Shown here one piece after another: positions 36,135 to 48,980 of a stretch of DNA of 64,000 bases (position 1 is its first letter; each line of letters opens with the position of its first letter). The DNA comes from Sminthopsis crassicaudata. Taxonomy: Eukaryota. Below the pieces are notes generated by a model. That model was not told where the DNA came from and did not search any database. It was given only the letters and a program-made list of their open reading frames with translations. The stretch is from assembly GCF_048593235.1 (NCBI RefSeq), contig NC_133620.1, positions 449,901,261-449,965,260 on the forward strand. Reading direction: 5' to 3'. A program made the position numbers and the translations under genes.

Positions 36135-36769
36135 CCCTGGAAGTTCTAGACCACTCCTTAAGAGCCCAAAGTGACATGTCGGCCATCTAGTACATCTTCT
36201 TTATCTTACAGACATGGATTGAGGCCAAGGCATGTTTTGTCCACCTTACACAAGTCCTAAGTAGTAGAACCAGGATTAGAACTCAGGTCCTCTGGGAATA
36301 TTGCATCTACCATCACTTAAGGAGTGATACTGAAAGCATTAAGATTGGCTGAAATAAAGGAATCAGGACAATTTCTTATTGCAAGTTTAACTAAAAGGTA
36401 CTTTGTAGGTCAAATATTCTTCACTAAGATGGAATACACCCCCCTCACCAAGGGCATTTATAATTAACCCTTTGTTGTGAATGTTGATTAAAATCACCCA
36501 ATGTCACGGTGCTCAACTGCCCACCTGACGGATATAACCTTCACTAGCTCCTTGGGAACTCTCACAGTGGACAGGTAGACATCTTTTTCTAACAACTTCA
36601 TCTCCCCTATTTTCTAGCAGCACCAGATATTACCCTTCTTCTGACTGCTAGCTTAATTGGCCAAAAATATTTTTAATGAGTGTTAGTCACATTGTTAATA
36701 AAACATCAATTTAGATGATCTCAGATCAGTCAGATGACTAGAACATGGCACCAGGATCCTGAGAGAAGG

Positions 36770-37098
36770 AAGTCAGAGGCGGGAGCCCACCGCCCAGTGG
36801 CTTTTCCCTCTCCGTGAAGGGGCTATGTCTAGACACCAAGGACCAGGCAGCTGCTTGCTGGTGGCTCCCCGGGGCGTACGGGGCTCTCGGGGGACCGGGT
36901 GGGTGCCCAGCTCAATGACATCCTGTCCTTCTGGGTTGCTCTCCACATAGCCTGAAGCAAGAGTTACTTCACTTCCTGCTCCTCCACCTCACGCCTCTCC
37001 ACAGACCCCATCTTAGGCTGGGTTCAGCAACGACTTCTGCTTTCTTCGTCAAATCGCTCCAATGACCATCCCTTGGTGACAAGAGAGGTGCAGCTGAG
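36770..37098 (+). promoter_or_regulatory. EVI2B: Putative EVI2B promoter and non-coding exon 1 (donor after 37098)
   Basis: Local GC-rich patch with ETS cores (GAAGGAAGT near 36765, CACTTCCTG near 36970) and a strong donor GCTGAG|gtaagc. Position between EVI2A and the EVI2B coding exon fits the human layout. Confidence 0.45.
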
Positions 37099-39264
37099 GT
37101 AAGCAGCCATTTTCACACGGGCATTTATCTTTGGGATTATTTTTGTTTTTACATTGATTTCCTATTAACATTAAGAACTGGTATTCTACATTGGCCTGGG
37201 AGACGACAAAACTGGTTTTATTAACTACATGAATAGGTTGATGAGGCTTTAAATTCATTTCTTTTGGTGTTTATCAAATTGGAAGCAAACAAAATCAGCT
37301 GCTGAGCTCTGCTGACGGAAGGATTTTTAACTGAAGGATATCCTAAGTTCCTTAAAGTTATGAATATCCATATTCTAGGAAGGCTTTACTTGAGTGGCAG
37401 AAGGCACTCACCTGCAATTTATTAACAAACTTTATGTGTTTAAAGTCATAAAAATTTCCAAGAGAAGATAACCTAAATAAACTAGAAAACTGAGGATAGG
37501 ATCAGTATGATCATATGCACTGAAAACAGGCCCAAATATGGAGAATGTGACATTTTATTTCCTGTAAGGTTGAACATTTGGTTGAGATATTTCAGAATCT
37601 TAAAATTTCTCACTGACTATTGTTACTTAAAAATTACCAAAGTCCACCACCAGAAAATGAGGACATTCACATTCCTTTCACTTAATTTTTTAAGTCTTCA
37701 AAAGAAATAAATCTAAGTACCAAATTATCAGTGAATTCTTTATCATTGTCTTTTCTTGCCCAAACTGAATTTTGTAGCTCATGCCGTGGCAATTATGTAC
37801 AGATACAATTGAAGAAGAGAAAGGGCAAATGTTCCTTTTTAAATTTTTAAAATTTTTTAAATGTTCCTTGGCAAAGGCACTACCAAACCCCAAAGGTTCT
37901 GGAGGGGGTTCTGTCAGTCCCCTGGCTGCCTCCCTCCAAACCTCACAGAATCCTGGCGTTTTGAGACTGAGCCACTGTACAATCTTAGGCAAACTTCCTC
38001 ATCTATAAATTGAGAGGAAAGGATGGGGGTAAGCCAGTGCTTCCTAAATTGGACCAGAGCTCTTTGTCATTAGATGACTATTCAGAGGCGTACCAGTTAC
38101 CAAAATAGTTACCTGATGCTTATTGCTCTGATCCCTGGATGCTGATCAGAATTTCGAAAGACAAAGTTAGGGATAATGTATTTTGCTCGTGGTTCTATTA
38201 CTGCTTTTTGTGATCAAATTAAATAATCCACGTTTGAATTCCCCCAATCTACATAGAAAGAAGATAAAGAGACCTAACCCACAGAGTATTAAACAAAACA
38301 ATCTTTGTAAAAATCCCCATTGCAGTTAATATCTGTTGACTTACTTAATTTTGGAATAAGTAAATATTACCAAAATTTAGGCAATAAAGCTGCTTGTTCT
38401 GAGGGAATTGGACATTACAAAATAATTCAGGTTTTTTTTAATCTGAAAAAAATGCTCTATAAAATTATTATTTATAAAATAGTAAGCATTATCAGAAATT
38501 AATTAAATCCACTTCATAAGAGCAAGAAAATATTCTTATCATGTTTTCCCATAAATGTCATAAGAGCATAAATGTTCCTTAAATTGTCTCTCCATAAATT
38601 TTTTAAATTTAATTTTTAATTCACATTCATGTAAATTTCCACCTATGTGATCAAACAAAAGAATAAATGCGAAGCTGAAAATCCCTAATACATCCAAATT
38701 TGCTCTAAAATTCCAATATTCAAGCTTCTTTTGCATCTCTCTCTTTAAGCTGTTGATTTAGAAGCATCAAAAAGTTATTTCCCTAGAGTGTTTTCCCTAT
38801 TTTCAGATTCTTTTAAAATATCAATTTAAAATTTAGGCAGTGTTTAAGGATGTTTTCATTCTATTTTTAAAATTATTCCTAGCTTGATCCAACCTCCATG
38901 TAATGTTAAACCGATGCTAAACATATAAAACTTATGCTTTACAGAATGTCCAGACTGAATAAATTGACCAAAACTGATACATTAGAAGTTATGGTGGTTC
39001 GTGGTCATGTTCCAAGGAGATATTCTTATGGAATCACAGAGTTGAAAGAACCTCCAAAAAACCAAAAACCAAACCAAGCCTCCCATCTTTACAGTAAAAC
39101 CTGCACCTAACTGTCCCTCCCTCCATGTCTTATTTCCCTTCCATTCTCCAGAAGAAAATTTTAAATGTTTTCTCCATATTTCACAATCATATTTAAGAGG
39201 CTCTTCTTACTGTCTATGCCAATAAATGCATACCACTGATTTAATACTGTACTTTCAACCCACT

Positions 39265-39490
39265 TAATAATAGCTGCAATAATAACTACTTTTATTATGT
39301 GCCAGGCACTGTGATAAGCACTTTATAATTTTTTCCTTATTATTATCCCCATTTTAAAGATGAGGAAACTGAGGCAAAGAGGTTCTGTGGCTTCCCAGGG
39401 ACATATTGATAATAAGTATCTGAAACTACATTTAAACTCAGGTCTTTTTGACCTCCAGCCCAGGATTCTGTCCACTGTGCCACCAGTTCC
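39265..39490 (-). mobile_element. MIR/MAR1 CORE-SINE
   Basis: ccccattttaaagatgaggaaactgaggca core in reverse orientation. Confidence 0.75.
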
Positions 39491-41339
39491 CTCTATTTTA
39501 CCCTGGGATGTTCAAAAGAACTAGAGCAGCTCTTCTCCACATAGTTTTAATCTTATTTCACAGCTACTGTATCTTGGCCATAGGCTATTGACCATTTCAG
39601 TGTGCTTGCCTTGTTTTGTTGTGGGGGGGTTGGAGGGAGTGCCCCTCCCAGGGAGCTAGCAGGGTGGGACTAGAGATCTGTTATGAAAAATACACGGGGC
39701 TCCCTAGAATCTTCATTTGGGAGTCACTGATCTCAGTTGCCCACTCCTTCCCCTCCCCCATAAGTGCTGCTTCTTGACCCCATTTCCCATGTTCCCCCAA
39801 GTGAATCCCCTCCCTGAGAGATACACCGTCATGAGCCTATTGTATCGGGGCCACAAGATGGTAGGTAATGGCGGATCCTATACTCTCCAGGAGGATCCAC
39901 AAATAAGTGTAATTACACGGTACAAATCATGATAGGAACAAAGCAGGAGATTCATCTCAGCTGGGGGATTCACAGAGGCTGACTTATTTTAACTTCATCC
40001 CTCCTCGGGAGCCTTCCTCATTTCACACATTTCAGAGTTATTTTAAAATTCTTTCCTTCCTTTTTTATATCCTCTTTGTTCAGCACCTGACACGTAGTAG
40101 GTGCTTCACAAAAAGCTGATGATGGATGTTCCTCGTTCCTTTCCCTCTCCTCCACTGCCTGGTAGACGCTTGAATAAACACCTGCTTAATCGAAATGCTT
40201 TTTTCAGTTCTCTGCTCCTGAACGGTTTCCTCTTTGTGGCTCAGTTAGTGCCAAGGGGCACCTTCGAGCTCCTTTACTTTGTCCACATTTGCCAAGCCCC
40301 CAGGTTACGGAGCGGCAGCCAAGGGGCCAACTTGTGCTCTGCTGCTCCTGACTTTGTGAAAACAGCTGAAGGCTCTCGGGAGACCCCATGTTGCACCTTC
40401 TGTGTTGATATTTAAGCAGCTTATCACAAGGAGAATGGCAACATCTCAGGGATTCAGGGTGGCCCTTTACCTCCTCATAGAATCACCAAGATTTTCACAC
40501 ATGTAAAACAGCACATGTAGATTGGAAAGTCCTCTGCAAAATAGAGTGGAAGGGGTGGGGGGGAGAAACAGGGCTCTGGACCAGAGCAGGGAAGACTCCT
40601 TTAATGGTGAAGGAAATAATTGCTTTCACAAAGCTGTGGTTATTTCTACTTTCCTGTTGACGAGAAAGGATGTGAGCATAAAACAGAATGCTATCAATCT
40701 GAACAGGCTCCTTAGAAGCTATTTATTCTAACTTTGCCCTTAAGTGCTTTCCTTATAATGAATTTTCTGTTAACTGAAACAAGGAATATTCTGCTTTATT
40801 TTACTTTTTAAGTAAAACCACAAAATGGCAAATACTTGGCCAAAATGGCCGAACATGAGTATTTTCTGTTGATTCAAGAACTGCCAGGAATGTTTCCCAA
40901 AGAAGCCAACTTTTTTATCATTCACGTCAACAGGGAAGATTCTAGGGCTGACCCAACATTTTGAGGAAATCAATTGCTAGAATGGGTGTCTCCTCTTGAT
41001 CACAGAAGTTCACAACCCAGGAGTAGGGCCCTGGGAGGGGGCTGGATTGGGAGTTCAAGGACCAAGGCTCAGATTCAGGTTGGCCACCTCTAGGACCACA
41101 TGCAAGGTCCTTTACTCTTTAGGGCCTGTTTCCTCAACTGTAAGTTTAAAGGGTTGGACTAAATGATCTTCAAGATCTCTGTCAGCATTAATGCATGGTT
41201 CTATGACCCTCAAAGCTAGCTTGGATTTTTAAAGGCATTAATATAGAATAAAGCAACTGAGAGCAGTACAATTGCATTTCTGTCTTTGTAATGCCATTAC
41301 CTACCACAGTGCAATGAATATTTGTTACTAGGACACTCG

Positions 41340-41583
41340 ATGAGACAGTGGATAGAGTATGCTGTTCATGGAGTCAGAAAGCCCCAAGTTCAAATTCAGC
41401 TTCAGATTTTTATGACTCTCAGAAACCACCTAACCTCTATTTGTCTCATCTGTAAAATGGGGAAAATAAGAGTTTACCTCTTATCGTTATCATTTTGTTA
41501 TAGGAGTCAAATGAGGTCCCATTTATAAAGCATTTTGTAAACCTCTGGTGCTATATAAATGTCTATTATTATTATTATTACTA
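41340..41583 (+). mobile_element. MIR/CORE-SINE
   Basis: gagtcagaaag...caagttcaaat head, ctcatctgtaaaatgggg core, aaatgtctattattattatt tail. Confidence 0.75.
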
Positions 41584-42224
41584 CTGATAAGCAGTGAGAT
41601 GGTCAAAAATAGTGACCCAGATTAAAGAAAATATTTCCTGTGCATCTACTATATGGAATATCACATCCTAATTTTGGGGAATAAAATGGAGGGAAGAAAG
41701 GAAGGACGAAGAGAACGATTCTTTATGAGAGAAGTTCTACTTCTCTAAGAGTTCAGTCGTGTGGGGGGTGGGTGTGTCTTGCCCTTTTCCTGCAATGTCC
41801 TAAGTCAGTGCATGATTAGTTCCCAGAGGAATTATAATAACTGAATTTGCTCAAGGAGTTCACTTCAGGCTGTTTTGGGAATGGCTTCATTCAAATTCCC
41901 CTCCCCCTTTCCAGAGAGTTTGTGGGAAAGGAGCAGAGTTGAGGGCAGGTCTAGGGACAGGTGAGATCTGTAGGGAAGGCCACATGGGCCTTGGCTCTGG
42001 AACTGGGGCCTAGGAGGCTGCCAACCTGTGCAAGTCTGGGGACGTCAATGAACTTCAGGGGGACTGGGCTTCCCCATCTGCAAAATGCAGAGGTGAGGGC
42101 CCCGCGAGCTCTGTTGGAAGTAGGAATCAAGTTGAGTCTTGATGGATTTGAAATTAAAAAGAGAACATGAAGTCAGCCTAGAGCCAGGGAACTTGAAAAG
42201 GTAGGGAAGGGAGTGTGTATTGAG

Positions 42225-42355
42225 AAGCAATTGGGGTTGCGTGACCTGCCTGGGGGCACACAGCTGGTAAATGCTAAGTGTCTGAGGCTGGTTTTGTGCT
42301 CAGGTCCTCCTGACTCCAGGGCCGGTGCTCTGACTACTGGACCATCTAGATGCCT
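42225..42355 (-). mobile_element. MAR1/SINE-1-type marsupial SINE
   Basis: gtgacctgcctggggg cacacagc...aagtgtctgaggctgg...caggtcctcctgactccagg... Confidence 0.7.
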
Positions 42356-42890
42356 AGTGAGACAAGTCAAGTGAAAGCCAGTAGAGATGGGTCAGCAGTA
42401 TCTGGCCACTGGACTCGGGGATGAGATGGAGGGTCACTGGGTGCTTCGGAGTGCAAATTCTACAGGGTGGGACGGGTGAACCCCACACACTGCAAGGGCT
42501 GTAAGTGAACGGCAACTGGGGACCCTCACTGCGCAAGGAGACATGTGGCAGCTTCTGCATTAGTTTTCAGTGTATCACAGATACTTTAAGGATCTGCCCT
42601 TTCCTAGGCTTGAGTATTATGCTCACTGGACATGGAAAATCACTTTTGTGTGGCTGGGAAGTACAGCATCGCACAGTCATAGTCAATTTGACAATGAGCA
42701 GGTCCATATACTGGTCCTCAATAAATGGCATACAATGCTTCAGTGACATCTCACCGTGTCACCTCTAAATATAGAGAATTTTTAAAAACCTGCCTACAAC
42801 CCCACCCCACCCAAAATGAGAGCTAATTGTCCCCCTTTGTTTCCTTTTACAGTGAGAAAAAATCACCTTGTTATGATTTAGGCTCCTGAA

Positions 42891-44441
42891 ATGGATCCCA
42901 AACATTTCATCATAATGCTCTTGTGTGGGTTCTTAACAAACCCAGTTCTGACAGAGGCACAAACTTACTCCTCAGCAGTTTCACCTCAGACTACTTTTAA
43001 ATCATCAACATCAGATGCATCAGCTAGTTCTGGAAATGGAACAGAGATCCCATTCAGTCAACCATTAAAACTGATCAACACTCCTTCAGGACAACCACCA
43101 ACTTCACCTGTTCCTGGGTCCTCTGGGCAACTAGCAGCCCCAACTGTTCCCACTTCCTCTGGACAATCATCATTATGGTCCAGCCCCAAGCCTTTGGGTC
43201 AAACACCAGTGCCATCTGTCCCCAAGTCCTCCAACCCACAAGTAGCATCACTTGTACTCAATTCCACCAGCCAGCCACCAGAATCACCCAGGCCTGATTC
43301 CTCCAGTCAGTCACCAGAATCAGCTGACCCCAATTCCACTAGCCATTCAACTATGCCCAATCTACCAGCAGGTACACCGGTCCACAGCTCCTCCCATCAG
43401 CCATCCACTCAGCTCAGCTCCACCAGGCAATCCCCAGGCACACCGGTCCACAGCTCCTCCCAGGAACCACCAGCATCCTCTAGCCCCAGCTCCCCCAGGC
43501 AACCCCCAGCAACCCCGGTCCACAGCTCCTCCAGGAAACCACCAGCATCCTCTAGCCCCAGCTCCCCCGGGCGACCCCCAGCAACCCCGGTCCACAGCTC
43601 CTCCAGGAAACCACCAGCATCCTCTAGCCCCAGCTCCCCCGGGGATTCAGCATCAACAGTTGTTACTCCAGGATTCCACCAAGAAAATAGCAATCCCACC
43701 CCAACAAAATTTCAAAGCTCTACCGCCAATTCCGTAGCTGCTGTGCTAATTGGCACAATTCTGACTTTTATGATAGGTGCTATCGTTATAATTCTGCTCT
43801 GGAAATGCTTTAGAAAACCAGTCCTCATTGACCAGAACTGGGCTGGCCGGTCTCCCTTTGCTGATGGTGAGACTCCTGATATGTGTATGGACTACAGTAG
43901 AGAAAATGGAAAATCCATAAAACGTTCATCAATCGTTTCACTTGAGATCTGGAAACCAAACAAAAACATGCTGTTAGCAGATGATTTAGATGTGAACTTG
44001 TTTGACTCAAGTGAAAATTTTGATGAATGTCCGAAGCCCGACTTAGAGAAAGTGAAAGACCAACCAAATGGGACATCAGAGGAGAGCCCCGACAGATCGA
44101 CAGTGGGCACTGCTATTTCTTCAGAGGACTTGGAAGTGACTGAAGCTCCTCCCCTTCTGGACTTAGATGGGCCAGAAAATCAGAAGCCTGACTCGGCTAA
44201 CTTACTTGATACTGATTTCTCTCATCTCCCACCCCCTGTGGACTCATTCCCTCCTCTCCCCGACTCTTCCCTACTGCCCCCTCCTCCAGAAGTTCTCTTC
44301 CAAGATCAGGAGAAGGACAATGCAGAGGTCCACGACTCAGTTTCACCCACTTTAGAGACCCAATTTCCTAATCCTCCTGACTCTAGTCAAGCCTTAGATG
44401 AACTGCTGCTGCTGCCACCGCCACCTGAGGAATTACTGTAA
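42891..44441 (+). CDS. EVI2B: EVI2B (CD361), mucin-like type I membrane protein (516 aa), nested antisense in NF1 intron 27b
   Basis: MDPKHFIIMLLCG start; NSVAAVLIGTILTFMIGAIVIILLWKCFRKPVLIDQNWAGRSPFADGETPD transmembrane/juxtamembrane region; ends LPPPPEELL. Candidate acceptors at 42852 and 42881. Confidence 0.97.
   Translation: MDPKHFIIMLLCGFLTNPVLTEAQTYSSAVSPQTTFKSSTSDASASSGNGTEIPFSQPLKLINTPSGQPPTSPVPGSSGQLAAPTVPTSSGQSSLWSSPKPLGQTPVPSVPKSSNPQVASLVLNSTSQPPESPRPDSSSQSPESADPNSTSHSTMPNLPAGTPVHSSSHQPSTQLSSTRQSPGTPVHSSSQEPPASSSPSSPRQPPATPVHSSSRKPPASSSPSSPGRPPATPVHSSSRKPPASSSPSSPGDSASTVVTPGFHQENSNPTPTKFQSSTANSVAAVLIGTILTFMIGAIVIILLWKCFRKPVLIDQNWAGRSPFADGETPDMCMDYSRENGKSIKRSSIVSLEIWKPNKNMLLADDLDVNLFDSSENFDECPKPDLEKVKDQPNGTSEESPDRSTVGTAISSEDLEVTEAPPLLDLDGPENQKPDSANLLDTDFSHLPPPVDSFPPLPDSSLLPPPPEVLFQDQEKDNAEVHDSVSPTLETQFPNPPDSSQALDELLLLPPPPEELL
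43374..43643 (+). repeat. EVI2B: Coding tandem repeat in EVI2B ectodomain (66 + 72 + 72 + about 60 nt)
   Basis: Units start at 43374, 43440, 43512 and 43584; peptide TPVHSSSRKPPASSSPSSPGRPPA. Confidence 0.93.
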
Positions 44442-44747
44442 ATGATCGCAGCCCACTGATGTGAAGACTTTTTAAAAAAGACTAGCTTTATTTTTTTCTT
44501 TTGAATGAACTGCCATCCAACCTACATTTCCATTCAATCTGCTTAAAATGCTCTTAAATTCATGTAAATATGAAAAAGTGCTTCCCCTACAGCAGAAATT
44601 TTTTTTTCTGATAGTTGACTACTTGCTGAATTTGGCAGAGTATCTAACTTCTAAATTTCAAAGCATAGAAAATATCTGTTTAATGTTTAAAGTTAATAGA
44701 TAGCTCTCTGTTCAGGAGTTTTACAAGAGAGTTGTCATCTTTACAAT

Positions 44748-44753
44748 AATAAA
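44748..44753 (+). terminator. EVI2B: Candidate EVI2B polyadenylation signal
   Basis: First AATAAA seen after the EVI2B stop (about 300 nt downstream). Confidence 0.4.
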
Positions 44754-45239
44754 AAAGGGCTTGGAACAACAAGATGTACGAAATTTCTTAGAAGTTACTG
44801 CAAGATGCCATTATTTTCTATTATGTTTATATCCATTTCTTTAATTTCATTAAAACATTATAAATATATAGCATCTGTCTTCAGTGACTTAGCTATTTCA
44901 GAAATTACTAATATTTCTTAAATACATATTGTTATGAAAAATAAGCTCCTGAAAGAATGAATGGAAATTTAATTTTGCCAAATCAATCTTATCCTCTTAC
45001 TACTTACCATCACAATTTTAAAGATGTGTCCCTACAGAGGGAAAACCATATATCCTTCAAATTAAAAAAAAAAATAAAAAAAAAACCAACTTGAATTTAG
45101 TGGATACTTGTGAGTCACACACTTAACAGAAAATCAGCTTTCTAATAACCCACAACATATACTGAGTCAAAAACAATGCTAAAAGTGCGGTAAAGTTCCA
45201 CGAAATGCTTTGTCTCACTTCATTAGAAAAACATTTGGG

Positions 45240-45399
45240 GGCAGCTAGGGGGCGCAGTGGATAGAGCACCAGCCCTGAAGTCAGGAGGACCCGAGTTCAA
45301 ATCTGACCTCAGACACTTAACACTTCCTGGCTGTGTGACCCTGGGCAAGTCACTTAACTCCAGCCCCGGGGGGTGGGGGGGAAAGAAAAAAAAAGAAAA
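45240..45399 (+). mobile_element. Full-length young WSINE1-type SINE with 15-bp TSD
   Basis: Near-consensus head and body; TSD AGAAAAACATTTGGG at 45225-45239 and 45400-45414; G-rich then A-rich tail. Confidence 0.93.
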
Positions 45400-47729
45400 A
45401 GAAAAACATTTGGGTTCTTCTGGCAAAAAAAAAAAAAAAAAAAAGAATTCAAAGATACAATCTCTCAAACTTTTCTATGTACCTGGACCATCTGAAGAAA
45501 TAATTAATACCTTTCAAAAATTCTCAGATTGCAATTATAAACTGGGTCATTTCCCAAGGATGGCAACTCTGTCTCAATACAGGAGGAGCCTTGCAGTAAG
45601 TGATTTGCAGGCCCTGTGAATATTCCTGATTGGGCTTCTTTATCCTAGAGTTTCCAAAAGATGATTTTTGTCATGTTTCATTGGTCCACTTATTAGCTAG
45701 CTGAGGAGACTCCCATAAGTAACAGGAAAGCTCACCAAGTCCTTTACTTTTAGTGTGGAAACAACACGTATTCTCCTGAACTCAAAGGTGGGTGTGAAGC
45801 AAAGGCCTGACTGTGCTAGAAGCACTATCAAAAATGAAAGTTATTAGCGTAAATGCTGTCTTGTCTCCGTATCTGTCAGGTATTTCCTGTAAGACAATTC
45901 CAACCACATCAACATCTCCAGGTTGTTCAAAATTGTGTTTCATGTCTAGAATGGAAAGACTCGCCCTCAGGCCTATCTCCTTTTACACAACTCTGGTGGA
46001 AGAACAAGAGACTACCCTACACTGGGTTGTGTTCTGCCATCGTCACAATTGTGTATTTTGTTCCAACTTCTGAATTAGAAGAACAGTCAGTCTATTGATA
46101 AGTTGATAGAAAGCTAACTAGTAATAAGTCCTGAAGGAGCAAACATTTTGGGTCAATGACTGATTTAAAGCAGTTGTATTTTTTAAGGGAAATCTACCTT
46201 CATATGACTAGAAAGATTATCTAAAGTTTATTTCCACAAAATGGCCCCCATAATAATAACAGAGAAACATGCGCTGCACTTGGAGGTCACTCTCTTCTAA
46301 GATTTCTTCTTCAGACTTTCACCCACATCCTTTTCCAGGCTGAGAATCTCCTAGTCATCTTCATGTTACACAAATCATTGCCAACTTTCAATCTTGTCCA
46401 GTACCATGACTAAGAATGTCTTTTTCAGGTTTTACATCTATCTCACATCTTGCTCACACTTCAAATCCTCATGCTGGGATCTTGACCTGAATATTCATGA
46501 TTGTACAAAGATTCTTTCACTTGTATCAAAAATCCTTCATATTTCAGATTAACATAACAGTGAACAGAGGCATTAATGATAAATTCCCAGAGTAATCCAA
46601 GGGGGAACAAAGATCTGTTTGTGTCTGGAACTACCTTAAAGTTAAGCTTTCGATCTGCTGATTTTATACTTAAGTTAGTTGGTTTTTTGCATTTGTGATT
46701 TTTTTTTTTTTGCTTCTCCCCTTTCCCCAAAAATTTATGACAGAGAGGAGACACACATAAACTCTGCGATGGGGAAAGTAGGAACTGGTACTGGCTTTGA
46801 AAAGATCGAGCCTTTTGTCCACCTTTCTCCCTGGATTTGTAGGAGGAAGTTTTATAAGAATTCATAGCAAAGAGGAGAAAATAAATTTTATTCTTGCTGC
46901 AGATGAACCTTTTTTTTTTTCCTTAGTGCAGCAGAGGAAAATATTGGCCAAAGTAGAAGTATTTGTTGAAATCTGCAGAAATAAATGCAGGAAGATAAAA
47001 ATTAAGACAGGGCATAAGAAAAGCCAGGCAGGATGAAAGCACAACATGGAGGAAACAAAATTAGAGATGCAAAATCCACAGTATAAAGTTTATTTTAGTA
47101 ACATGGCAAAAAGGAGATGATTCAAGTACCACATGACTAGAAATGAATCAACATGACTAGCAGCAGCAGATTGTTCCCTGGGCTCTAAATCCGGTTCCAG
47201 CCATCACAGGTAGGATTTGAGCCCTTGGGCCCAGTGGAAGCCCCGGAACTCAGACAGACCCCGGGCCTTGTCTGCTCACCAGCTGGGACTTCAGCAGCCT
47301 GGGCCACAGGTGTGCTGAGGTGAGGGCTGCAGATTGCTGTTAGGCCATACTAACTCCCCAGCACAAAGCCTCCCCCCCCCCCTTAGACCCTGCAGCATTC
47401 TGGGTAAGGGGGCCAGGCCAGAGCCCCAGCCGAGGCAGACTTCTGGGAAACCCCATCCCCTCTCTGTCTCCACAAACTTCCACCCCATGAACCCTGAGAG
47501 TCGGGGCCCTCATCATTCCCCGGCATCTGTGGCTCAGGGACAGGTCTGAGTGTGTCCCCCCATTCCCTCTAGGATGAGAAAGCCCCCAGCCTCCAGCTTC
47601 CACAAGCCTCTCAGAAGGCACCTTGCAAGCTTCAGCCCCCTTCCCCTTTCCTTCCTGCCCCAGCAGGTCCCCAGTCTGCCCTCTCTGGCCCTCCCCCTCA
47701 GTCTCCCCTCCACCTCTCCCCAGCCCGGG

Positions 47730-47932
47730 CCTCCTTCCCCTTTCGGATGGGAGGCCACTTCCCCCAGGAGGCCTGTCTTGGCCGGCCCATCCCCCAGCTT
47801 TGGTGACATGTATTTGCTCAGATGAACCTCCCTGTCACGAGGACCATCTCCTTTTCATCTCTCTATGTGTCCCCGTCAATTAGCACAGTGCCCGGCATAG
47901 AACAGCATTTAATAAATGCTTGTTTATTAACT
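47730..47932 (+). mobile_element. L2 3' end
   Basis: ttagcacagtgcccggcatagaacagcatttaataaatgcttg terminal motif. Confidence 0.7.
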
Positions 47933-48863
47933 GGACAACGGGGGCCCAGGGTTGTGGAGAAATGAGAAAACTCATTTCCTCTCCAGTTTGGGGAAATCCG
48001 GCGCAGGCAAAGCAGAGTCGGACGCAGGCACCTACTAGCTGAAGCCATGGCTGTCCTCTCCGGCCTCAGTTTCCTCCCAGATAAAAACCACAGACTGAGA
48101 ACCAGAAGGGACCTGAGAGCCCTCGGGCCAGAGAACGACGCTGATTACAAAAAACTTAATAAAAGATGAAGAGTGGCGAGAGGAATCAATGCCTCCACTA
48201 AGTCAGACATTAAAAGTGGCCTTCTGGGTCTTCCAAGACCTGGGAATGAGGCTTCTCCCAGACGAGCTTGGAAGGCTCCCCCAGAAGGCGTCTTCCCTGA
48301 CGGGGTCGGGTTCTCGCCGCCTGCTGGGCACCTGCCATCCCTCATTCCAGCAGGACCCTCTCCTCTGCTTTCCTGAGCTCCATTCCCTCTGACCCTCTAG
48401 AACCCTCCTCCATTCTTTTTTGTGTCCTTTAGCATCTTGTTTCAACCCAAAAGCAAAATCTTAGCCATTATCTAGTTCTGAAGATTTTCCTCCTGCAAAT
48501 TCTTCTACTCCAGATGACTTCTGAGTGCTTTCACCAGTCCAAATCTCTCCTTATTGACAGGGAGTTCCTTCCCTTTCCCCACAGCTTTCTCACAGAAACC
48601 AGAAATCAAATATCCAAGACATATAGACAACTGACACCAAAACATATATGAAGTCATTGTCCAGAAAATGAGCAATTTTCAAAAGAAGAAATATCAACTG
48701 CCCACCACTGTGACTAGCATGTATAGAGAACTTTCAAGTATACAACTTTACATTAGCCTAGTCAAAAAACACTTTTATTTTTACATCTTAATTTTTTTTT
48801 ACATAAGTACTTCCCCACCCCATTCTGAGAATTCTGCATTACCTTAAAGAAAGCTAAAGATGG

Positions 48864-48980
48864 GGGCAGCTAAGTGGTACAGAGCACCAGCCCTGCAGCC
48901 AAGAGGACCAGACACTTAACACTTCTTAGCTGTGTGGCCCTGGGCAAGTCACTTAACCCTAATTTTCTCAGGGGAAAAAA
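48864..48980 (+). mobile_element. Internally deleted WSINE1-type SINE with 14-bp TSD
   Basis: TSD AAAGCTAAAGATGG at 48850-48863 and 48981-48994; lacks part of the A-box and the GAGTTCAAATC B-box segment. Confidence 0.88.

Noticed and set aside
43252-43737. Alternative-frame and antisense repetitive ORFs inside EVI2B
   Set aside because: By-products of the 72-bp coding repeat.
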